A stretch of DNA of 64,000 nt from Felis catus (taxonomy: Eukaryota), in contig NC_058368.1 in the NCBI RefSeq assembly GCF_018350175.1, forward strand, positions 114,578,001 through 114,642,000. Direction: 5' to 3'. Every line of letters begins with the position of its first letter. Position 1 is the first letter of the stretch. Shown one piece after another: positions 55,033 to 64,000 of the stretch. The notes under the pieces are model-generated. The model was not told the DNA's origin. It saw nothing but the letters and a program-made list of their open reading frames with translations, and made no database searches. The position numbers and the translations under genes are program-made.

Positions 55033-56592
55033 CCAAATTCTGGCACCTCATGTATTTCGGCCTCTGTACTTTGTTCTTGCTCCTCCAGTCCCCAGGTGGG
55101 AAGAACCTCAAGTAAAAAGCAGGGCTCAGCTATAGGAGGAAGGGGGGAAGAGGTCAGAATGTGAGACCCAAGAGCTCTGATCTCCAAGATAAGAGATAGG
55201 TTTGAGCTGGTCCATCTCGGAAAATGGTTTGGAGGTTCAAGATACAGCCAGAGGAGTAGGAGGGACCATGACTTACGAAGGCCTTGGGGTCTCCAACTGT
55301 CAAGGTTGTCTTATCCCTTGGAATTCTGCCCAGAGACCTCCATCCCCAGTGGACCTCCTGGTACCTTATGGAAAGTGTCAATATAAGCTCTGAGGACAAA
55401 GACCCCCATGAGTGTCCCAGGGAAGAGGGAATAGGATTTGGGGGTTGCTGGGCAGGGAACTGGTTGGCCATGCTGCTTAGAAAGGCTTAAGAATGTTGGA
55501 GGAGGGCTGAGAGGGAGAGACTCTGAAAGGAGGAGACAGGCTGAGGGAAGAGGTAGAGATGGGGAACCAGCCTCACAGTGCATGTCTGAGCCTGGGGACA
55601 GAGAAGGATGACAGGACACCAAGGACTGGGGACAAAGAGATAGTCCCTGTGGCCCCAGGAGGAAAGGCTTGAGCCCTGGGCTGGTTGGGTAGGTTGGAGG
55701 AGAGAAGGAAGGAGGCTGCAGGGCATGGGGTCTGAGTCCTTGGGAGGTAGAAGACCACCAGGGGCCAAGGGGAACAACTGGCTGGGGATGAGCCCTGCAA
55801 GGCGGTGCCCAAGAGAATGGAAAGGATGGCAGAGGAGCAGAGGCAGCATGGGAAGAGAAAAACAAAGGGAAAGAGTGGAGAAGGAGGGGGGAGAGAGCAA
55901 GGCAGGGAGGAGAAGGGAGAAGGAAGGGGAGAAACAGTAGTGCAGCTTTGTAGAAGGAAAATGAAGGAAGCAGAGCGTGGGGTGTGGCATAGGGTGTGTG
56001 GGGACCTAGCCCCAGGCTCTGGACCCCACAGTTGGCAAAATGCCCCTACAGCAGACTTCCCTCTCCCTTCCCTGGCATCACAGAGGTATGTCCTCTCCAG
56101 GCTCACACTCAGGCCAAAGTGGCCAAGAACCTCCTGAACTGAGGTCACAGTGGAGGTGGAGTGTGAAATGCCCTTTTCATCTTCTCTGGAGTCCTCCAGT
56201 CAACAGCCCTCTGAAGGTCATTCTTTTCACCACTGGCCTCTGAGCAAATTGGTCCCTTCCTCTAGAAAGGAGAGGATGAGTCAGGATAGGATTCAGGGAG
56301 AGACTCCTTTGTTCTAGAAAGATCTCGAGAGAGTAAGATGCTGCAGTCTCATGCTAGCAGCTACCATATGGCCAGAAAACCAGGTTAGGCCCTCCCTAAC
56401 CTAAATCCCATTTGCTGCATAACACACAAATATGAACGCGTGTGCATGGATGCACACAGATACATGCTTGCACCCACAGTGACCACTTGCTAAGAAGGTC
56501 ACTGCCAGATTCCCCACTGCCAGGCTCTCCATGCACATCTGGGTTTCTCTGTGTCAACGGGAACATGCTCAGATTTCCAAGCTCCTTGGTCC

Positions 56593-56606
56593 GTTGCCAT
56601 GGAAAC
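56593..56606. promoter_or_regulatory. RFX X-box motif
   Basis: GTTGCCATGGAAAC, one base from the palindrome GTTGCCATGGCAAC. Confidence 0.55.
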
Positions 56607-57091
56607 AGTCTCCTAGAACTCGGCACAGGGCCTGGCCCCTGTGGTGCAGGGGAGGAGAGGAAAGATGGAGGGTGACAAGAAGATGGAGGGATCAGCTTCT
56701 TGGAGGGGCAGGCAGGACACATTTGGGTCTAGGTGACATCTTGCCATCTCATTCCTTAGGACCACCCTCTCTCTCCCCTCCTCCTCAGTAGACCTCTAGG
56801 CCAGGGGAGTGGGGAAGAGATGTCACAAGAGAGGTGTATGGTTAAAACTATGTGGAGAATTCTTGTTCACTCCCTGGGTCCCCAGTGAGCATTGAGAGAT
56901 ACTAGCTTTTGAGTGGGAGCTAAGGTCTAGCCCTCTGTCCCACCGTGCTGGGGGACACTGGACAGCCCTCCAGGCCTGAGGTCCCTGGATAGAATGTCCT
57001 CATGGCTGGAGCTGCTTCAGCTGGCTCCCCCTCCCTTTCTTGTGTGTGTCCCACACCCAAAGAACCTGCTTAAAATGGGATTTCCAGGCTG

Positions 57092-57099
57092 TGACGTCA
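57092..57099. promoter_or_regulatory. Full palindromic CRE (CREB/ATF)
   Basis: TGACGTCA with intact CpG in CpG-poor surroundings. Confidence 0.5.
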
Positions 57100-57513
57100 G
57101 AGGAAAGCCAGCAGCTCCAGCCTGTGCCAGTTCTTCCTTGATCAACAGAGCTGAGCCTAGTCTTGCTCAGCCTGGAGGAAAGGGGGTTGGCAGAGGAGGG
57201 AGTGGATCCAAGGGCTCTAGGCCATGGACACCATATCAGTGGCATCCATGATAATAGGGAGAGACTGTAATAGGAAGAGGCAGGCCGAAGCCACTGCTGG
57301 CTTCCCCACTGCCTTAAATTTCAGCCATTTCGTGATCATTTCCCTCCCAAATTCCTCTAGTTTTTCCCTCTCTGAGCTGAAATAGGCCTGTCTGGTGGAG
57401 GAGGGCACTTTAAGTATTAGAGCCATTTGGGTTCTGCCTGACAACTTGTCCCATATCTGGGCTGGAGGCAGGGATGGGTAGGAGGGATACCAGCAAGGAG
57501 GGGGGGAAAAAGC

Positions 57514-57527
57514 CCACTAGGTGGCGC
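57514..57527 (+). promoter_or_regulatory. CTCF core motif
   Basis: CCACTAGGTGGCGC matches CCASYAGRKGGCRS at every position. Confidence 0.65.
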
Positions 57528-59885
57528 AGCTCACTCCCAGTGTGGGATTCCCAGCCCCTGAAGGGGAGAATCTTTTCCTGCTGTCAGTCAGCCTTATGGT
57601 CTGGTGAGCAGGGTGTCTCATGCCCCACTCACTGGAGTTGCAGGTTCATGAAGAAAACATTCTTGCAGGTGCATGGAACAACTATGGATTTTCAAGCAAT
57701 TACTTCCTAAGCCCAGATTGTGTACCACCCCCTGCACACTCCCCAGGAGAACGTCAGGCCCAAAGGGCAGGTACTCCCTTTTGGTGAGAATCAGGCACTG
57801 TCCTGGAAGCAGGGAAGTTGCCAAGCTGACTCTGGGAGGGTCCTGCAGCCCAAGGGACCCAACATGAGTTTCTGAAATGACATCAACGAGGCCACTGGAG
57901 CTAATTTCAAGGTCAGGTGAGGAGAGGAACCCAACAGGTGGCAAGGGGTGGGGAACTTGGGAGAGGCAGGCTAGGCCCAGAGGGATGGCAGCTCACCTGG
58001 CTGCAGGACTCTTCTGGATATGATTTCCCTGATGGCCATAGTAACAGTCCCAGGCCAGGCCCAAGTGTTTGTGTTTCCTGTCCCTTCCCTTATTTTATCT
58101 GATGCACTATGAGATTTAAAAAGGAGAAAAAAAGACCCTAATTTCCAAATTCTGGAATCCCAAGGTACTTCTACAAGAGCCAAGGTTGGGCCTCCTTAGT
58201 AACCTACCTTTCCCTGACCTCCTTCCCAAACTGACCCCACCAGCCCTGCATCCCTAATGAATTACCCTCTCCTTTTGTCCCAGCCAGATGAGTGATCAAT
58301 AAATAATGCTGCCTGAAATATTGATGGTGAGTTTTACACTAGCATCCCTTTGCTGTGCCTGTCATTGGGGAATTTGAGAGCTGACAGAGAAATGCATGGC
58401 CACCAGAGAGCTCTTTTCTATCTCTGCCAAGAGAGGGTCTTTCTTTGCCAAGATTTCAACCTGTTCCCATCTCAGCCAGAATCATGACTCATTCCCATCA
58501 AGTAAGATGAGGACTCAGCCAGCAACCTCCAACCTGGGAAGAGTCAGGTAAGCTAAACAAAGCAGAGACCCTTCCTGATACTTTTGTCTCAAGACAAAGA
58601 GATCCCATTTCCTCTGTTCCATGTCCATCTTGGACCTTCCAGGTCCAGCTCTCTGAGCAGGATCTCAGAAGGAGAACTGCAGGTTCCCTGTCCCCCAGGT
58701 TGACCGTTTAAAGCATGGACAGAAGGACTCACATGCTCCCAGACTTCTCTGGCCCAAGTCACTGTCATCTAGTTTTGTTCTCCCTGGAAGAAGGGTAGGG
58801 GAGAGGAGGAGCAGGTAGAAACTCTTGAGCCCTGTTGAGCCTGACTCACCCGATGCCAGGGCCCTCCTTGGCAGAAGCTAGGCACACTCAGATCTTTGCA
58901 TGCATAATGCCTTCGGCCTAGGCACTCTAGTTCTGCTCCACTTGGTCAGCTCCTGCATGCACTTCAAGTCTCAGTTTAGAAGTGACGTCCCTGCCCCATC
59001 CCATCCCGGTCCCTGTGGCATTCTGCTCTTCCTCCCCAACACCTCCCCCTGTTTGGTCATTGCCTGTTTCCCCACCAGACTGAAAGCCAGGGCATAGGCA
59101 GTGAGTGGGTCTACCCGGTGCACCACGGTTTCCCCAGCATCTAGCAGGGGTCCTGGCACACAACAAGCACTCGGCACATTTTTGCGGAATGTTCTAATGA
59201 TGTCCTGTAGTGCTTTTCCACTCCTGAAAAAAACATCAACCTTCAAACTTCACCGTCTCTCTTGGCTGAGCTGTTTGCCTGCACCGGAGGATGGGTGTCT
59301 GCACTAAACAGCAGCAGCCCGGATCAGCCTCCCTTGCTCTCACTTCTCCTGCATGTGTTCATGCTCATTTGCTCTCCTTTCTCTCTCACACACACAGATG
59401 GGAGTCAGCTTTCCAGCCACATTCAGTTCTCACTTTAATTCAAAAGCTAAATTGGGAAGAAGAGCAGCTTCACACTCCTAATTTAGCCTGGGAGAGAAAA
59501 AGGGAGACAGCCTGGATTTGCCAGGGAAAGGAGAAAGTTGGGTGTGGGGTGGGGAATGGTGGCAAACATACCCATAGCCTAAGGGAAGACAATGAAACTC
59601 TTACCACCCAGCTCCTAAAAATAAACCATCTACAGCTATGACCCCAGAGTGACCCTTATTAAGCCTCTTTCCCATACAAGTGCAGCCATTCCGGGCATTC
59701 CCCCAGTCTAGGGGTAGGATTAAGGGAGGCAGAGGAGATTGTGGTTATTAAAACTATGAAAAGAGGGAGATGCTGCTGCTTTGGTCGCTGGTAGTACAAA
59801 ATCAGGAAGTCCTTCTTAAATCTAACTTTAATCCCTCTTTTGATAGCTGAAGTGGATGATGAATAAAAACAGTCTGCAGGTACTT

Positions 59886-60985
59886 GCCCACTAATATTCA
59901 CAGCAGTGTTATTCACGAGAGTGAAAAGGTGGGAACAGTGGCGCCTGGCTGTCTCAGGCGGTTAAGCATCCAGCTCTTCATTTCAGCTCAGGTCATGATC
60001 TCATGGGTCATGAGTTTGAGCCCCGCGTTGGGCTCCATGCCGGCAGTTTGGAGCCTGTTTGGTATTCTTTCTCTCTCTCCTTCTCTCTCTGCCCCTCCTG
60101 TGCTCATGAAAAACAAATAAATAAACTTAAAACAAAACAAAACAAAACAAAAGGTGGAAATGGTCTAAATGTCCATCAACAGATGAAGGATTAAACAGAA
60201 TGTGGTATATACATACAATGGAATATTATTCAGCCTTAGGAAGGAATGAAGTTATGACACATGCTGCAACATGGACAAAGCTCAAAAACATTATGCAAAG
60301 TGAGATAAGGCAGTCAAAAAACGGCAAATATTATGATTCCACTTACATGTAGTACCTAGAATAGACAAATTCATCATGACAGAAACTATAATAGAGGTTA
60401 CTAGGCAGTGGTGTGAGGGAGCAGGATGGGTACAGAGTTTCTCTTCAGGAAGATGAAAAAGTTCTGGAGATGGATGAAAGTGATGGTTGCACAACATTGT
60501 GAGTGTACTTAATGTCAGTGAATTGTGCACTTAAAAAAAAATGGTTAAACTGGTGGGATGCCTAGCTGGCTTGGTTGGCCGAGCCTGCGCCTCTTTATCT
60601 CCAAGTCCTGAGTTCAAGACCCACGTTGGGCATAGAGTTTACTTTTTCAAAAAGAAAAGATTAAAATGGTAAATATTATGGTATGTATATTTTATAAATG
60701 TCTTTATTTTATTTTATTTTATTTTATTTTATTTTATTTTATTTTATTTTATTTTGAGAGAGAGAGAGCACAAGCAGGGGAGGGGCAGAGAGAGAGGGAG
60801 AAAGAGAATCCCAAGCAGGCTCTGAGCTGTCAGCATAAAGCCTGATGACACAGGGCTTGATCCCACGAACCATGAGATCATGACCTGAGCTGAAAACTCA
60901 GGTCAGACTTAAGAGTCGGACACTTAACTGACTGAGCCCCTCAAGTACCCCTATGGCGTATATATTTTACCGCAATACATTTTTT
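59886..60985 (+). mobile_element. L1MB-like 3' fragment interrupted by SINEs (+ ~59938-60130, short + ~60555-60660, - ~60703-60952)
   Basis: aaatgtccatcaacagatga...tgtggtatatacatacaatggaatattattcagcc...gatggttgcacaacattgtgagtgtacttaatg. Confidence 0.82.
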
Positions 60986-61887
60986 AAGAAGGCACTGAGT
61001 CCAATGTTGGCTTGAAGACTGTCACCCTGCCATGATGACTCTCTCTGAGGCATGACCAGAGGGAAACTGAGTCCTAGAAGTTCAAAAGACCCCTCCCCTT
61101 ACTCACAGGAACAGAAATGCTGCTTCTGCCTGGAGTACAGAGAAGAACCCTCTGGGGCATTCCTGAGGATAGGAGCTAACTCTGCCTACCTCTTATCTCT
61201 TCTTATCAGTATGATAATCTGGAGGGAAGTTCTTCTTCCTGGTTCTGGATTCCAGCATCCTCTTCAGTCATTTCTTTCGACTTTGCCCTAAACAGGGTTC
61301 TTATATGGGTGTAGTAGAGAAGGGAAAAAGAGAAGACCCTTCCATCCAGCCTCTCCCATTTCCCTGTGGCCACTGTACCAAGGAAAAGGGATGCATGCAC
61401 CTTTGGGCTGAGCTGCCTGTCAGTAAATTTGGGTGTCAAATTTTCTTGCTCTCTGCGGTCTGACTGGGTGGCACCTGAAGGGAGTGTGTGATAGCTGGTA
61501 CTGATGCATCCAGACCTCACCCTCTCTCCTAGATGACTACATGATTTCCTGCCTGGTCTCCCCACCAGCACTCCCCACCCAGCCTCCTGCAGAATGGCTA
61601 GTTGGCTCCCCAACTGCCTGGGAAGCACTTCGGTGGGTAGGAGATGATTAGGGGTTCCGCAGTCACTAAGCTTCCCCTATGATAGCACATTTCACACTGT
61701 TGTGATTGCCTGTTTATCTGTCTGTCTCCCACACCCAGACTACAAACTGCAAAAGAGGAGTCACCTTTTTACTTCTTTTTGTATCTTTAATACCTAGAGG
61801 AGCAGATGTTTGATAAGTAACTGTTGAAATGGTCTGTTCACATGTCTGTCTGCCCTACTCGACTTGACTCAAGAATCCCTAGAGGGT

Positions 61888-62047
61888 GGGGGTGCCTGGG
61901 TGGCTCAGTTGGTTAAGCATCCAACTTTGATTCAGGTCGTGATCTCAAGGTCTGAGTTCAAGCCCCATGTCATGCTCTGCGCCGACAGCTCAGAGGCTGG
62001 AGCCTGCTTCAGATTCTGTGTCTCCCTCTCTCTCTCTGCCCCTCCCC

Positions 62048-62078
<31 letters not shown>

Positions 62079-62135
62079 AAAAATAATAAATAAATGTTAA
62101 AATGTTTAAAATAAATAAATAAATACAAATAAAGA
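61888..62135 (+). mobile_element. Can-SINE
   Basis: TSD AAGAATCCCTAG(A/G)GGGTG. Confidence 0.9.
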
Positions 62136-63329
62136 ATCCCTAGGGGTGAAAGCTTTGTCCAGTTCATTCTGGAACCCCAGAGAATATGTTGTTCTTGGTA
62201 TGACTTTGGTTTCAGCCAGAGGTTCTGAAGCCAGACTATCTGGATTGGAATCCTGGCTCCCCCATTGCTCAGCTTTCTGAACTTAATCAAGTCACCTGCC
62301 CTCTCTGAGCCCCCTTCCTCATCAATGACATGGGGGTGAGAATAGTACTTACTTCATGAGGTATTGTGAATACAAATGTCTGTCAAATGTTTAGCACAGA
62401 GCCTGTCACATTGTAAATGTGTCTTATGGGTGAGGTGGGGGTAGAGAATGCATCTAGATGTTAAGAAGAATAAAAAAAAACAAGCACCCACAGCTCATGG
62501 CTGCATCCTGGTATTTTGGGGTAGGGGGTGAGGCCAGTGCCACTGTGACACAACCCCAGGGGCTGCCTGTCCCCTACTTCCCTCCCCCTCCCACCAGGTC
62601 TACAGAGTCCAAGCTCACCCACCATGAAGCTGAGCACCCCGGCGCTGGGCTGGGCGGCGGTGAGGGGCCAGAAATAACCGCCGTTGCTATTCCTGCTTTT
62701 CTAGGCTGGATGGGAACGCTGCCTCTCTCATCTAAAGGCTGCTCCAGACTTCCTGCACATCAGTGGGCTCTTATGTAACGCTCCCCTCCCTCTGCCTGCC
62801 CAACACGCTTCCAGAGATTTCTGCAGCCAGCTTTGCTGCACACTCAGCTGAGGGGTGGGGAGAGCAAAGAATCCACCACAGGCCAAATTGTCCTGTAAGT
62901 CCAGGGTCTTGACAGCCCCAGGCCTGGGAGAGGATCCACACAGCACAGGGCAGAGAGACTGATGTCCAAGGACAGCAGCCTCTTTCTGCATCTGCAGGTT
63001 ACTCTGAGGCAGAAAGGACCAGGAGAGCCCTGAGTGTTCACCCTCTCCCTCTGCCCAAAACAGATGCTCTGTGCCAAAATATTATGCTTTAGTGTCTCCA
63101 CTTTAGACCTAACCTGTGTCTGGCACACAACCCATCAGCCAGACTCTGAGGATGGCAACACAGACCCCAACTCTCTCAGGCAGATCCCCTAATCTTGGCC
63201 AAATCCTCCATGTCCCTTTCCCGAAGCTCCTAGAACCCACCCCGAGCATGCCAGGTACCCTCTTCAGAGCCAGGGGCCCCTGTGCCTCAGGCCTCAGCAT
63301 CACTCTCCATGAGCCCTTCTTAGAACTTG

Positions 63330-63527
63330 CCCTCTCTGGGTACCTGTCAGTTAAACATCTGGCCCTTGGTTTTAGCTCAGGTCGTGATCGCAACATTCTC
63401 GGGATTGAGCCCTGACAGCATGGAGTCTGCTTGGGATCTCTCTCCCCATCTCTTTCTGCCCCTCCCATGCTCTCTCTCTCTTAAAATAAATAAACATTAA
63501 AAAAAAAACATTAAAAAAAAAAAAAAG
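63330..63527 (+). mobile_element. Can-SINE (diverged head)
   Basis: SINE body, (CT)n and A-tail. Confidence 0.8.
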
Positions 63528-64000
63528 AACATGCCCTTCTCCACCTGGCTTAGGAGTCAGGGTTTTCCTCTGGCACCTGGTTTCCCCACCTGTAACTGGA
63601 GCAAAATACAATGGCTTCACACTCCAACACCTCGAGGGGATTTTCTCTTTCATCTCCCCTGGTCATTCTTCATGTCTCCATTTTTCCTCTTCTGTCAGTG
63701 CACTTTCTGTCCCCTCATTCGACCCCCCACCAGATCTGGACTCTCCAGAGGTTTCTCCTCACCTCTCACAACCCTTCCTTCACAGGGTGGGAGTAGAGCT
63801 GTACCCAGACCTATTGAAGGCCAGGCCCTCCATATTTCCGGCAGAACCCATCAGCCATCGGAAAGTGTGACAGGCACCCCAGACGGAACTGAAGGGAGAG
63901 TCACTTCCTGAGCCCCAGGCTGGCCACAGCAGTGGCAAACCACGATCTGAGCAGCACATGTGGGTGCTGACGTAGTCGGGGTTGAGGAGGAGGAAGTGGC

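Noticed and set aside
55311..56148. Three overlapping minus-strand ORFs of 167-191 aa
   Set aside because: They result from a purine-skewed (GA-rich) + strand that lacks minus-strand stops; products are low-complexity Pro/Ser/Leu.
63828..63975. CArG/ETS/half-CRE-like motifs at the right edge (CCATATTTCCGG, CGGAA, TGACG)
   Set aside because: CCATATTTCC is not a CC(A/T)6GG box and the others are too short to support a call without the adjoining sequence.

Overview
Mammalian genomic DNA, almost certainly from a felid, judged by the dense carnivore tRNA-derived Can-SINEs that include young felid-type copies. The + strand carries the 3' 20 coding exons of KDM3B (JMJD1B, an H3K9me1/2 JmjC demethylase) at 1616-45196, with poly(A) signals at 46440 and 46528. 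About 2 kb later, on the same strand, lies the complete 8-exon REEP2 gene (ATG 48514, stop 53885, 254 aa, poly(A) signal 55027) with a CpG-island promoter. All exon boundaries were placed by hand on GT/AG sites and the phases join into continuous frames. Exon numbers follow my recollection of the human genes. The last ~9 kb is intergenic; by recalled human synteny EGR1 should lie further right, outside the window. It contains strong CTCF, CRE and RFX motifs. Introns are filled with SINEs, L1, L2, MIR and one MER5-like element. I found no new gene system. The most unusual signals are a U1-snRNA-like 11-mer over the branch region of KDM3B exon 16 that can pair with two different donor sequences, a stop-free poly-Pro/poly-Ala frame in phase with the REEP2 ATG, and two candidate unannotated KDM3B exons. 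All are hypotheses that need RNA-seq or conservation checks. Most ORFs in the supplied track are repeat-derived or antisense noise.
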